Shown here in pieces: positions 19,526 to 29,401 of a stretch of 64,000 nt of DNA (within the stretch, counting starts at the first letter, position 1; every line of letters starts with the position of its first letter). The notes beneath the pieces are model-generated. The model worked only from the letters and a program-made list of their open reading frames with translations. It had not been told where the DNA came from and searched no databases. Position numbers and translations under genes: made by a program. The stretch comes from Candidatus Latescibacterota bacterium (GTDB lineage: Bacteria; Latescibacterota; UBA2968; UBA8231), in NCBI GenBank assembly GCA_965223905.1, contig CBDCXV010000011.1:1600001-1664000 (forward strand), given 5' to 3'.

Positions 19526-20401
19526 ATGCCTGGCCCGCCATCATGTCCTGCTGAATTCCGCTCCCCTTCGCGGCGGCGCAGGGCGGCCTTCTTCTGCGTC
19601 GCCCTCACCCTGGCGATCCCGCACGCCGCCTATGCCGGAGCCTGGGCACAGAAAACAGGGGAGTACTATTTCAAGCTCTCGGCCCTGACCGCCACCTACC
19701 GCGAGGAGTTCGACGAAGCCGGCACGCGCGTCCCGCGCTCCGGGGGCATGGGGGAGCTCTCCGACTTCAGCCTCGGCGCCTATCTCGAGTACGGCATCGA
19801 CGACGACTGGACCCTCGTCGCCTCCGCCCCGTACAAGCGGCTCACCGACGAACGCACTCTCGCCGCCGGCATCGCCCGCGAGTCGAACCGCCGCCTTGGG
19901 GACCTCGAGCTGCGCCTGCGGCGCCCGCTCCGGCTGCAGCCCCTGGTGATTTCGGTCGCCGCGGGAGGCAAGATCCCCCTCGGGTACCCCGCCCGTCTCG
20001 ATACGCGGGTGCCGGTCGGCACCGGCAAGATCGATACCGACCTCCGCCTGCTGGTTGGGCGCTCGTTCCATCCCGTCCCGGCGTACGCCACCGGGGAGCT
20101 GGGGTTTCGCCTGCGGGGCGGCGACTTCGGCAACGAGACCTTCTTCAGCATCGAAACCGGTGCGAGCTCAGGGCGTCTGCTGCTGAAAGCCCGCCTCGAC
20201 GGGGTGCGCACCCTGGGAGAGTGCGGCGCTTCCGGACAGGGGGGCCTGATCGGCGACCAGGACATCCTTAAATTGTCGCCGGGCGTCATCTACGGTTTGC
20301 CGGGTGACGCGGAATTGAGCTTCGAGCTGATACGGACCGCCGCCGGCTGCAACACCACGAGCGGCAACACCTGGATCTTGGGGATCGCGAGGAAACGATG
20401 A
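19526..20401 (+). CDS. Exported hypothetical protein, probable outer-membrane beta-barrel
   Basis: Signal ending AAYA-GAWAQ; amphipathic strands (LGAYLEYGI, LGDLELRLR, WILGIARKR); ATGA overlap with msrP. Confidence 0.65.
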   Translation: MPGPPSCPAEFRSPSRRRRAAFFCVALTLAIPHAAYAGAWAQKTGEYYFKLSALTATYREEFDEAGTRVPRSGGMGELSDFSLGAYLEYGIDDDWTLVASAPYKRLTDERTLAAGIARESNRRLGDLELRLRRPLRLQPLVISVAAGGKIPLGYPARLDTRVPVGTGKIDTDLRLLVGRSFHPVPAYATGELGFRLRGGDFGNETFFSIETGASSGRLLLKARLDGVRTLGECGASGQGGLIGDQDILKLSPGVIYGLPGDAELSFELIRTAAGCNTTSGNTWILGIARKR

Positions 20402-21411
20402 CAGGCATACGACGCAGACGGGGCTGGGAAATCCCGGACCGGGAAGCGACTCCGGAAGAGGTCTTCCTCAATCGCCGGCGGTTCCTGCGCTCGGCCGGCC
20501 TCGCCGGACTGGGACTGGCCGCGGGCTGCGGCAGCGAGAGGACCTTCGCCCCCTTCGAGCCGGAAGAGGAGGGGGAGGCCTCACCGGCGGTGCAGGCGCC
20601 GGCGGAGCCGGATCCCGTCGCGGCCGACCCGGACCAGCCCCTGTACCCGGCGAAGCTCAACCCCGGGTTCGCCACCCTGGACCGACCCCTGACCGAGGAA
20701 GAGGTCGCGAGCAGCTACAACAACTTCTACGAGTTCACGCAGTCGAAGCAGGTGTACCTGTTCGTCGACGACTTCGAGACGCGGCCCTGGACGGTGGAGA
20801 TATCCGGGCTCGTCGAAAAGCCGGCGACCTGGGACGTCGACGACCTGGTCCGCCGCATGCCGCTGGAGGAGCGGCTCTACCGCCTCCGCTGCGTCGAGGC
20901 ATGGTCGATGGCGGTGCCGTGGACGGGGTTTCCGATGCGGGCCCTGATCGACCTCGTCAAGCCGCTGTCCTCGGCGAGGTTCGTCCGATTCACCAGCTTC
21001 CTCGACACCGGGAACGCCCGCGGCCAGTGGGACACCCCGGAGCTGCCTTGGCCCTACGTCGAGGGGCTGTCGATGGCCGAGGCGGTCAACGAGCTGACCA
21101 TGCTGGTGACGGGGATCTACGGGCACGAGCTGCCGGTGCAGCACGGCGCCCCGATACGGCTGATCGTGCCCTGGAAGTACGGCATGAAGAGCATCAAGTC
21201 GATCGTGCGCATCGAGTTCGTCGCCGAGCAGCCGGCCAACTTCTGGAACATCGTCATCCCCCGGGAGTACGATTTCTGGCTCAACGTCAACCCCGAGGTG
21301 CCCCACCCGCGCTGGTCGCAGGCAAGGGAGCGGATGATCGGCATCTGGGAATGGCGGCCTACCCTGCTCTACAACGGCTACGGAGAGTACGTGGCCGATC
21401 TCTACGCCTGA
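20398..21411 (+). CDS. msrP: Protein-methionine-sulfoxide reductase catalytic subunit MsrP
   Basis: Tat motif NRRRFL; YNNFYEF, EERLYRLRCVEAWSMAVPWTGFP, HGAPIRLIVPWKYGMKSIKSIV, NVNPEVPHPRWSQARER, YNGYGEYVADLY. Confidence 0.95.
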   Translation: MTGIRRRRGWEIPDREATPEEVFLNRRRFLRSAGLAGLGLAAGCGSERTFAPFEPEEEGEASPAVQAPAEPDPVAADPDQPLYPAKLNPGFATLDRPLTEEEVASSYNNFYEFTQSKQVYLFVDDFETRPWTVEISGLVEKPATWDVDDLVRRMPLEERLYRLRCVEAWSMAVPWTGFPMRALIDLVKPLSSARFVRFTSFLDTGNARGQWDTPELPWPYVEGLSMAEAVNELTMLVTGIYGHELPVQHGAPIRLIVPWKYGMKSIKSIVRIEFVAEQPANFWNIVIPREYDFWLNVNPEVPHPRWSQARERMIGIWEWRPTLLYNGYGEYVADLYA

Positions 21412-21547
21412 GCTTTCCCGCCTCCGGTGAGCCCGACCGGGAGAGGAGCGGAGGTTCGCCCGCTTCCGGTGCGTAAACCACCGGCCGACCGCACTGGCCA
21501 TGCTCTACGCGCGGCAGGGCCCGGCTCCGCTTCCCGGCACCTTTCTT

Positions 21548-22591
21548 CTACAGCTCTACCCCGACCTTGAGCGCCGCCTGCGTAAACATCTCCCAGACGT
21601 CCTCGGCGAACGGGATGCCCGAGGCCCAGCGCCTCCGCGTCGCCTCCTCCTTCTGACCGGGGTAGAGCACCTCGTCGAAACCGGCCGCAGGCGCGCTGCC
21701 GCTGATGCCGTCGAGGGTGGCGTCGACGCGGGTAATGAACTCCTCCATCGGGCCGAGGGCGTCGGCGCGCAGGACCAGGAAGGTCACCCCCTGGTGGCGC
21801 ATCATCGGCGTCCCCTCCCCTTCGACGGCGTGGCCGTCCGCCCCGGCGAACACCCTTCCCATCAGCTCGACGACGGTCATGATCGCGTACCCCTTGTGGC
21901 CGCCGAACGGGGCCAGCGCCCCGCCGCCGTAGAAGTCTCCGGGGTCGGTGGTCGGCCTGCCCTCGCTGTCGACGATCATCCCGGGAGGCAGCTCTTCGCC
22001 GCGGCGCTGCGCGTTCATCACCTTCACCGCGGAGCCCTGGGTGGTGGCGAAGTCGACGATCACCGGGGGCCTGCCCCCACCCGCGGGTATGCCGACGCAG
22101 TACGGGTTGGTGTCGAGGACGCGGTCGCGGCCCCCGAACGGGGCGGCGCGGGCGTTGGTCACCGAGTACCCCGATCCCCAGATCATCGAGATCATCCCCT
22201 GCTCCGCGGCGATCTCGGCGTAGTGGCCGAGGCGGCCTATGTGGTTGGCCCTGACGAGCCCGACCAGCGCGAGGCCGTGCTCGCGGGCCTTAGTCGCCGC
22301 CAGCCGCACCGAGAAGTCGGCGGCGGCGTGGCCGAAGCCGACGTTGCCGGTGACCGTGGCGCGGTTCCCGGCGTCGCTGGGCACCTCGGGCCAGGCGTCG
22401 GGGATCAGCTCCTTCTTTTCGATCTGCTCGATGTACGACGGAATCTGGAAGATCCCGTGGGTCTGGACGCCGCACAGCTCCGCCCCTTTGAGGTGGTCGG
22501 CGACGATCTCGACGTTGCGGCCGTCGGCGCCGGCGGCGCGCAGCACGCGGGCGATGTCGTCCTGAAGGACGTCGGGGTGCCGGGTGATCAT
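21548..22591 (-). CDS. Ldh_2 family (malate/L-lactate/sulfolactate-type) oxidoreductase
   Basis: AELCGVQTHG, NHIGRLGHYA, DTNPYCVGIP, DFATT, PFGGHKGY. Confidence 0.9.
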   Translation of the reverse strand: MITRHPDVLQDDIARVLRAAGADGRNVEIVADHLKGAELCGVQTHGIFQIPSYIEQIEKKELIPDAWPEVPSDAGNRATVTGNVGFGHAAADFSVRLAATKAREHGLALVGLVRANHIGRLGHYAEIAAEQGMISMIWGSGYSVTNARAAPFGGRDRVLDTNPYCVGIPAGGGRPPVIVDFATTQGSAVKVMNAQRRGEELPPGMIVDSEGRPTTDPGDFYGGGALAPFGGHKGYAIMTVVELMGRVFAGADGHAVEGEGTPMMRHQGVTFLVLRADALGPMEEFITRVDATLDGISGSAPAAGFDEVLYPGQKEEATRRRWASGIPFAEDVWEMFTQAALKVGVEL

Positions 22592-22753
22592 GGTTTCCTG
22601 CTTTCTGGATTCAGCGCTGTGTTTTGCGGGAGGATGCGGCAGCCGGGCCTGCGGCCCCGCCAACGCCGAAATAATCGCGAAAAAGAAAACCGGGGCCGCG
22701 GCGAAAACCTCGACCACGACGGCCCCGGACCGCTTCAGCGGACGAGAGCCGAC

Positions 22754-23497
22754 TCAGCTCACCACGAGGTACGACAGCCAGCCGTCGTACCCCTCGTTGA
22801 CGATCTGGTGGCCGACGCCACGCGGCAGGTACACCGTATCCCCTTCGCCGACCCGGTGCACCCACCGGCCGGCGATCACCAGCCCCTCTCCCTCGAGGAT
22901 GTAGTAGACCTGCTCCTTGTCGTCGTGGACGTGGAAGTCGGAGGCCTTGCCGCGCATGACCGCCTGTCTGGCCAGGTAGTAGGCCTTCAGCAGGCAGGGC
23001 TGGTCGGTGTCGGGCTCGGGCTCGTCGACCGATTCCAGCAGCTTCCAGGTCACCGCGTCGCCGTGGACGCCGAAGGCCGGGGTCACGTCGCGCCAGTTGA
23101 GCACGCGCGGGGCGCTGCCTTTCCGCTCCGTCGGGAAGGTGATGATCAGGTGCTCGGCCCAGGCATCGGTGTTTTCGTTGAAGTACTGGTGCGGGGTGCC
23201 GGGCGGGAAGTAGGTGACCGAGCCTTCGCGCACCGGGTGGCGCTCGTCCCCGATCAGCACCTCTCCTTCTCCGGAGAGGATGTAGTAGTACTGCTCGGCG
23301 CTCGCGTGGGCGTGGCGGTCGGAGTTCTTGCGCCCCTGCAGCGAGTGCCGGGCGAAGGCGCCGATGTACTGCAGGCAGGAGGAAATGCCGTTGTCCCCTC
23401 CCTCCGCGGTCAGTATCGGCGACACGACGGCGTTGTCGTGCCCGAGGTAGGTGCGCGATTCCCTCCAGTTGACGACGATCGCTTCGGTAAGTGCCAT
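22754..23497 (-). CDS. Bicupin (two cupin domains) protein
   Basis: HAHASAEQYYYILSGEG...PH and HVHDDKEQVYYILEGEG...GH metal-binding motifs. Confidence 0.85.
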   Translation of the reverse strand: MALTEAIVVNWRESRTYLGHDNAVVSPILTAEGGDNGISSCLQYIGAFARHSLQGRKNSDRHAHASAEQYYYILSGEGEVLIGDERHPVREGSVTYFPPGTPHQYFNENTDAWAEHLIITFPTERKGSAPRVLNWRDVTPAFGVHGDAVTWKLLESVDEPEPDTDQPCLLKAYYLARQAVMRGKASDFHVHDDKEQVYYILEGEGLVIAGRWVHRVGEGDTVYLPRGVGHQIVNEGYDGWLSYLVVS

Positions 23498-23503
23498 GCG
23501 ATT

Positions 23504-24454
23504 TCAGTATCCTCTCTTTCTGTCGCAAACGAACCTCAGGGGCTCTCCTGCGAGATAGCGGCCGAGGTTCTCCTTGAAGATCTGCCTGCGCCGCTCCCAC
23601 AGCTGCGGCGAGTGGGCGGACGAGTGCGGCGAGATCAGCATGTTGGGAAGGTCCCACAGGGGGCTGTCCGGGGCGGGGGGTTCCGGCCACAGGGCGTCGC
23701 AGCCGGCTCCGGCGATCTCTCCCGAGGCCAGCGCCGCGGCGAGTGCCTCCTCGTCGACGATGCCGCCGCGCGAGACGACGATCAGGTGGGCGCTGCGCTT
23801 CATGATCCCGAACCGGCGGGCGTCGATCAGCCCCTCGGTCTGCGGGGTGCGCGGCGCCGTGACCACGAACCAGTCCGAGATCTTCAGCAGATCGTCGAGG
23901 CGTTCGGGGCCCCACACCTCGCGCACTCCCGGCGGCGGCTCCATCGGGGCGACGTCGACGGCGTACACCTCCACGTCGAACCCCTGCGCCCGGCGCGCCA
24001 CCGCTCGGCCGATGTCCCCCATGGCCAGCACCCCCATCGTCGAGCCGGCCAGCTCGGCGACCCTCCATTTCTGCGAGTCCCAGCGGCGGGCCCTCTGGTC
24101 CTCGATCAGCCCGGGGATGCAATGGGCGAACGACAGGATCATGGCGAAGACGTGATCGGCTATCGGGATCACGTGGGTCTCGCGGTTCATCGTCATGACC
24201 ACGGGGCTGTCGAGCAGCTCCGGGACGCGGCCCAGCTCGTTGTCGAACCCGATGCCGATGTACTGGTACCACTTCAGCCGGGTCGCGGCGAGAAACGCGG
24301 CGCGGCTGATCGTACCGAAGAAGATCTCGGCGTCCGGGGCCTGCGCGAGCTGCTCCTCCTCGCTGTAGGCGAGGGCGAACTCGACCTCGGGGAAGGCGGC
24401 GCGCAGGCCGGCGACGAACTCCTCCCCGAGGTCGTATGCTATGACTGCCTTCAT
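23504..24454 (-). CDS. D-2-hydroxyacid dehydrogenase
   Basis: GVLAMGDIG (variant Rossmann motif), PRTPQTEGLI, VSRGGIVDEEAL, GAGCDA..PEP, LISPHSS. Confidence 0.9.
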   Translation of the reverse strand: MKAVIAYDLGEEFVAGLRAAFPEVEFALAYSEEEQLAQAPDAEIFFGTISRAAFLAATRLKWYQYIGIGFDNELGRVPELLDSPVVMTMNRETHVIPIADHVFAMILSFAHCIPGLIEDQRARRWDSQKWRVAELAGSTMGVLAMGDIGRAVARRAQGFDVEVYAVDVAPMEPPPGVREVWGPERLDDLLKISDWFVVTAPRTPQTEGLIDARRFGIMKRSAHLIVVSRGGIVDEEALAAALASGEIAGAGCDALWPEPPAPDSPLWDLPNMLISPHSSAHSPQLWERRRQIFKENLGRYLAGEPLRFVCDRKRGY

Positions 24455-24525
24455 CGGACCTCCCTGTTTTCGATGCATGGGGGCGCATTCTGCATGCGGG
24501 CGCAAATACCACCCGGCCCGGGACC

Positions 24526-24557
24526 GGTTGTCAACCCTTCGGAGAGGAATCTATATT
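24526..24557 (+). promoter_or_regulatory. Possible sigma70 promoter overlapping palindrome GGTTGTCAACC between divergent operons
   Basis: TTGTCA-18 nt-TATATT; the palindrome also reads TTGACA on the minus strand. Confidence 0.35.
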
Positions 24558-24808
24558 CCGCCGCCGCTGCCCCAACCGGGAGCCTGTTCGCATCCCCGGG
24601 CGGCAATTCCGCGTGAATCCGGCCGCCGCTGCATCTTGAGGGAAAAATCGCGGTTCAATCCAAACCATTCATCTGTGCGATTTTTCCCTCATCCCGGCAT
24701 CGGCGCCCTCCTTTGCGCTTACCGACACGCGCAGGCACCAGCTCCTCCGCCCGCGGCCCGGATTCGCTTCCCGGGCAGCTTGCCTGCAACGGACTGCCGA
24801 CAACCCCA

Positions 24809-25570
24809 GTGACTGCCGCCGCCGAATACGACATCGACGCCAAGGTCCTCGAGTTCCGCATCAACGGGTTCGCCGTGTTCGAGGACCTGATCCCGCACGG
24901 GAAGATCGACCGCATCCTCGAAGCCTGGGAGCCGGTGCGCGACGCCGGCATCGAAAGGCAGGGGGAAAACCCGAGCCGGGGCTGGGGCCGCTACAACGTC
25001 AGGGTCCCCTTCCGCGAGCCCTTCGTCGACCCGGAGATCTTCGAGCACCCCGCGGTCGTCGCCTTTGTCCGGCAGGTGCTCGGCGACGACTACGTCTGGA
25101 CCCATTTCGATTCCAACGTCCCGCTGCCGGGCACCGACTACCAGCGCTGGCACCGGGACGGCCGCGCCAACCTCTTCCCGGGAATCATGACGCCGGCCCC
25201 GGACATCGGGGTCAAGTTCCCCTTGTGCGACACCTCCGAGGAGAACGGCAGCTTCGAGGTGCTGCCGCGGGAAGACCTCGACGAGGTGCTCGGCAGGGGC
25301 GCCGGCATCAACCCGGCCTTCAAGCCGGTCCGGCTCAACCTGCGCAAGGGCTCGCTGTGGATGCAGGACGGCCGCAGCTATCACCGCGGCACTCCCAACC
25401 GCTCCGGCCGCCCGCGCGACGAGTTCTGCATGGCGATGTCGCGCCCCTTCCTGTTCAACGGCTGGCTGCACGAGCATACCGCCGGGCAGTTCCCGCGAAC
25501 CCTGTGGGAATCGCTGCCCGACCACGGCAGGCAGGTGCTGCGGCTGATGCGCGTGGAGGAGGCCCGATGA
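24809..25570 (+). CDS. Phytanoyl-CoA dioxygenase (PhyH) family Fe/2OG enzyme, copy 1
   Basis: EFRINGFAVFEDLI, QRWHRD (HxD), ENGSFEVLP, YHRGTPNRS..PR. Confidence 0.88.
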   Translation: MTAAAEYDIDAKVLEFRINGFAVFEDLIPHGKIDRILEAWEPVRDAGIERQGENPSRGWGRYNVRVPFREPFVDPEIFEHPAVVAFVRQVLGDDYVWTHFDSNVPLPGTDYQRWHRDGRANLFPGIMTPAPDIGVKFPLCDTSEENGSFEVLPREDLDEVLGRGAGINPAFKPVRLNLRKGSLWMQDGRSYHRGTPNRSGRPRDEFCMAMSRPFLFNGWLHEHTAGQFPRTLWESLPDHGRQVLRLMRVEEAR

Positions 25571-26340
25571 GCCGGGACGTCGCCGCCAAGGTGCAGCAGT
25601 TCCGCATCAACGGGTTCGCCGTCTTCGAGGACTTGGTCCCGCACGAGAAGATCGACCGCATCCTCGAGGCCTGGGAGCCGGTCCGCGACGCCGGCATCGC
25701 CAGCCAGGGAGAGAACCCCCCGACCCGGGGCTGGGGCCGCTACAACGTGCCGGTGCCGTACGAGCCCCCCTTCCTCGACCCGGAGATCTTCGAGCACCCC
25801 GACCTCGTGGCCTTTCTCGAGGAGATCCTCGGAAAGGACTACGTCTGGTTCGTGTTCGACTCGAACATCCCGCTGCCGGGGACCGACTACCAGCGCTGGC
25901 ACCGCGACGGCATCAACAGCCTGTTCCCCGGCATCGCCACCCCCTGTTACCAGGTCGGCGTCAAGTTCCCCCTGTGCGACACCTCGGAGGAGAACGGCAG
26001 CTTCGAGGTGATGCCGTGCACCCAGTACGTCGGCGAGCTGCCCGCGGAAAACCTCGACGACCTCTTCGGACACGGCGCCGCCTTCAGCGACCGCTACACC
26101 TCGCGCCGGCTCAACCTGAGCAAGGGCTCCCTGTGGGTTCACGACAACCGCGTCATCCACCGGGGCACGCCCAACCGCTCCGGCAGGCCGCGCGACGAGC
26201 TCTGCATGGCGATGAGCAGCTCATGGGTCTTCAGCCGCTGGCAGCACGAGAACACCCAGTCCCACTTCTCCCGCGAGCTCTGGGACTCCCTCTCCAACCA
26301 CGCCAGGCAGGTGCTGCGCTGGCAGCGCCTCGAGGAGTAA
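25567..26340 (+). CDS. Phytanoyl-CoA dioxygenase (PhyH) family enzyme, copy 2 (tandem paralog)
   Basis: ATGA overlap; WHRD, ENGSFEVMPCTQ, IHRGTPNRS; long blocks identical to copy 1. Confidence 0.88.
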   Translation: MSRDVAAKVQQFRINGFAVFEDLVPHEKIDRILEAWEPVRDAGIASQGENPPTRGWGRYNVPVPYEPPFLDPEIFEHPDLVAFLEEILGKDYVWFVFDSNIPLPGTDYQRWHRDGINSLFPGIATPCYQVGVKFPLCDTSEENGSFEVMPCTQYVGELPAENLDDLFGHGAAFSDRYTSRRLNLSKGSLWVHDNRVIHRGTPNRSGRPRDELCMAMSSSWVFSRWQHENTQSHFSRELWDSLSNHARQVLRWQRLEE

Positions 26341-26347
26341 CCGCCCC

Positions 26348-27691
26348 ATGCTCTACCAGAGACTGCGCGAACGGCAGGAAAGCGGCGACCCGATCCAGGT
26401 CGGCCTGATCGCCGCCGGTACCTTCGGCACCCAGATCGCCTCGCAGATGGCCGCGGCCCCGGGGATGCGCCTGGCGGTCATCGCCGAGCTCGACCCCGGC
26501 AAGGCGGTGCGCGCCTTCCGCACCGGCGGCGCCGGGGATAAGGAGGTGATCGAGGCGGACACAGCGGACGCCGTCGAGGCCGCCATCGCTTCCGGGCGCC
26601 ATGCGGTCACCCGCGATGCCCGGGTCCTGATCGAGAGCGGCGTCGACGTCGTCATCGAGGCCACCGGCAACGTCGAGGCCGGAGCCGGCCACGGGCGCGA
26701 CGCCATCGCCGCGGGCAAGCACGTGGTGATGGTGACCGTCGAGGCCGACGTCGTCGTCGGCTGGCAGCTGAAACGGCTCGCCGACGAGGCCGGGGTCCTC
26801 TACAGCGCCGCGTACGGCGACGAGCCCGCGGTCGCCCTCGGGCTCTGGGACTGGGCCCGCGCCCTCGGCTTCCGGGTGGTGGCCGCGGGCAAGGGGACGC
26901 GCTTCAGAACCTCGTTCCGCAAGGCCAACCCCGACGACGTGCCGCGGCTGTACGGCTTCACCGGGGACGACTACAACGCGCAGATGTTCGGCAGCTTCCT
27001 CGACGGCACCAAGCACGCCATCGAGATGGCCTGCCTCGCCAACATGTCCGGCCTCGTGCCGGACGTGCGCGGCATGCACTTCCCCTGCTCCGACCTGCGC
27101 GACATTCCCGACGTCGTCTGCCACCGCGACAAGGGCGGAGTGCTCTCGCGGGAAGGGGTGGTCGAGGCGGTCAGCTCCATCGACGAGAACGAGGCCGCGG
27201 TCGAGCGCAGCCTGCGCGGCGGCCTCTACTGCGTCGTCGACGGGCCGACCGGCTTCACCGCGGAATCGCTGGGGTCGTACGGGGAGATCATCGGCATGAT
27301 CATCGGCAGGCGCAGCAACTACGCGATGATCTACCGGCCACAGCACTGGATCGGCCACGAGATGCCGATTTCGGTGGCGACCATCATGCTCGACAACCAG
27401 ACCTGCGGCGCCCCGGTCGGGTGGCACGCCGAGGTCGTGTCCGCGGCCAAGAAGCCGCTGAAGGCGGGGACCGTCCTCGACGGAGAGGGGGGCTTCTGTC
27501 TCTACGGGCTGCTCGAGAAGGCCGCGGTGGCGAGAGAGGAGAACCTGCTGCCGGTGGGGCTTTCGCGCGGCGCCGTGCTGACCCGGGACGTTCCGGAAGA
27601 CGGCACGATCACCCGGGACGACGTCGAACTGGCCGAATCCCCCGCCCTCGAGCTGCGCATCCAGCAGGAGGCGGGGCTCGCCGCGGGCTGA
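26348..27691 (+). CDS. NAD(P)-dependent oxidoreductase with C-terminal SAF domain (homoserine dehydrogenase-like)
   Basis: VGLIAAGTFG, VIEATG, KHVVMVTVEAD, YGDEP, SFLDGTK, LDGEGGF, LPVGL. Confidence 0.85.
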   Translation: MLYQRLRERQESGDPIQVGLIAAGTFGTQIASQMAAAPGMRLAVIAELDPGKAVRAFRTGGAGDKEVIEADTADAVEAAIASGRHAVTRDARVLIESGVDVVIEATGNVEAGAGHGRDAIAAGKHVVMVTVEADVVVGWQLKRLADEAGVLYSAAYGDEPAVALGLWDWARALGFRVVAAGKGTRFRTSFRKANPDDVPRLYGFTGDDYNAQMFGSFLDGTKHAIEMACLANMSGLVPDVRGMHFPCSDLRDIPDVVCHRDKGGVLSREGVVEAVSSIDENEAAVERSLRGGLYCVVDGPTGFTAESLGSYGEIIGMIIGRRSNYAMIYRPQHWIGHEMPISVATIMLDNQTCGAPVGWHAEVVSAAKKPLKAGTVLDGEGGFCLYGLLEKAAVAREENLLPVGLSRGAVLTRDVPEDGTITRDDVELAESPALELRIQQEAGLAAG

Positions 27692-27713
27692 GCGCCTTCA
27701 CGCTCACCGGCCG

Positions 27714-28046
27714 TCAGCCGGCTTCCCAGAAATAGACCTCCGGCAGGCCCTCGGGGTAGGGGTTCGCCGGGTCGTAGTCGGCCCCCTCGGCGTTCTCCAT
27801 GATCGGGGCCATGTACTCCTCCCAGCGCACCGACTCCGGGCTGTTCTCCAGGACCGCGCAGGCCGCGGCGTAGTCCTCGACCTCCATGTACAGGAACAGC
27901 TGCCTCCCGGACATGAAGATGCTCATCCTGTGCACGCCGGCCCGGCTCATGTCGGCCTCCACCTGCGGCCAGACCTCGCGGTGGCGGCGGGCGTACTCCT
28001 CCTCCCGGCCCGGTTTCACCTGCATGACGAACGCTACCCGCTGCAT
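27714..28046 (-). CDS. L-rhamnose mutarotase family protein
   Basis: EYARRHREVWP, SIF..LFLYME, RWEEYM, LPEVYF. Confidence 0.85.
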   Translation of the reverse strand: MQRVAFVMQVKPGREEEYARRHREVWPQVEADMSRAGVHRMSIFMSGRQLFLYMEVEDYAAACAVLENSPESVRWEEYMAPIMENAEGADYDPANPYPEGLPEVYFWEAG

Positions 28047-28058
28047 CGCATGCCTCCC

Positions 28059-28952
28059 CTACTCGAAGGCGGCACGGAATTCCGGCTTGCCCCTGACGTC
28101 CACCCGCAGCCGGTAGACGGGGCCGCCCATGTTCGGCGCCCCGAAGTCGTACCCCGGGGGGGCGACGTCGCTCGGCCAGGAGGCGCCGGCGCTGGTGATG
28201 TACAGCTCGTCGAGGCCGGGGCCGCCGAAGGCGACCGCGGAGACCTGCTTCACCGGCATCGGCAGGCGGCGCTCGACGCTGCCGCCGGGATCGTAGCGGA
28301 CCACCTGCCCGCCGTACCACTGGGCGCTCCAGACGAAGCCCTCGGCGTCGACGGTCATGCCGTCGGGGATCCCCTCGTCGCCGGGCACCTGCACGAACAC
28401 CCGCCGGTTCTCCAGCCTGCCGGTGGCCGCGTCGACGTCGAAAGCGTAGATCCTCCGGGCGGCCGAGTCGGAGTAGTAGAGGGTCCCCTCGTCCGGGCTG
28501 AACCCCAGGCCGTTGGACAGCTCGATCCCCTCGGCGACGACCTCGACGACGCCGCTCGGGCCGAACATATAAAGCTTGCCGTCCCTTTCCTTGCCGTTCT
28601 CCCCCCAGTACATGGTGCCGGCGTACACCCGCCCCTGCGGCCCGACGATCATGTCGTTGAAGGAGAGCGCCTCCCCTTCGTGCTCCGAGGCGATGTTGCG
28701 GTGCTCCCCTTCCCCGCTCCACAGGAACAGCCCGCCCGCCCCGGAAAAGACGAGGCGGCCGTCGCCATTGAGGCCGATGCCGTTCACGACCAGGTCGCGG
28801 TTGATGATGCTCTTGGTGCCGGCGGCGTCCATCTGGTAGACGAGGGAGCTGCTGATGTCCGTCCACAGCAGGCGGTTGCGTTCCCCGTCCCAGATCGGGC
28901 CTTCCCCAATCAGGTTGCCGTCGTCGGCGATCACTTCGAGTCCTGCGCTCAT
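28059..28952 (-). CDS. SMP-30/gluconolactonase/LRE family sugar lactonase
   Basis: IGEGPIWD, FND, YAGTM, SNGLGFSPD, PDGMTVDAEG, FGGPGLDELYITSA. Confidence 0.92.
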   Translation of the reverse strand: MSAGLEVIADDGNLIGEGPIWDGERNRLLWTDISSSLVYQMDAAGTKSIINRDLVVNGIGLNGDGRLVFSGAGGLFLWSGEGEHRNIASEHEGEALSFNDMIVGPQGRVYAGTMYWGENGKERDGKLYMFGPSGVVEVVAEGIELSNGLGFSPDEGTLYYSDSAARRIYAFDVDAATGRLENRRVFVQVPGDEGIPDGMTVDAEGFVWSAQWYGGQVVRYDPGGSVERRLPMPVKQVSAVAFGGPGLDELYITSAGASWPSDVAPPGYDFGAPNMGGPVYRLRVDVRGKPEFRAAFE

Positions 28953-29401
28953 CTCTTTCCTTTCTCCCTGGTCACCTCGCCTGGCGGCGGCGGCGGACAG
29001 GTTTGGGGCATGGCGGTTTGGCTGGGTTTTCGGGTTGGGAAACCGGGAGTAACAAGGTGGCTTCGTTGCGCAGGAACCGGGAGCCTTGGCCACCGGACCT
29101 TTGACGACACTTTGGAATGGGTGCGCTTCTCCTGGCGGGGCGTACCCGGCATGTGGACGAATCTTCACACTCCTGCGCGCTGACCACACCGTCCTACAGC
29201 AGGTTCCCAGGCTCCGACGGATACGAGAACGGGTGGCGTTCCCGCGGACGGCGGGAGCCGGCCGGGCATCTCGCTGACCGACGGAGACCTCAGGCTTCCG
29301 GGAAGATCGTCATTGACGAGGTAGAAGTCCGGGTGCAGCCGAATGGCCCCTGACCCACCGGGCGTGGCTTCTTCCGCCCTGCGGCCTCGCCGCGCCCACA
29401 G

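Noticed and set aside
21500-24616. 1038-aa plus-strand ORF and other long antisense or alternate-frame ORFs (e.g. 5699-7939, 12958-15351, 15270-17546, 51846-53282)
   Set aside because: Shadow ORFs of high-GC genes: no family motifs, and they overlap well-supported genes on the opposite strand.
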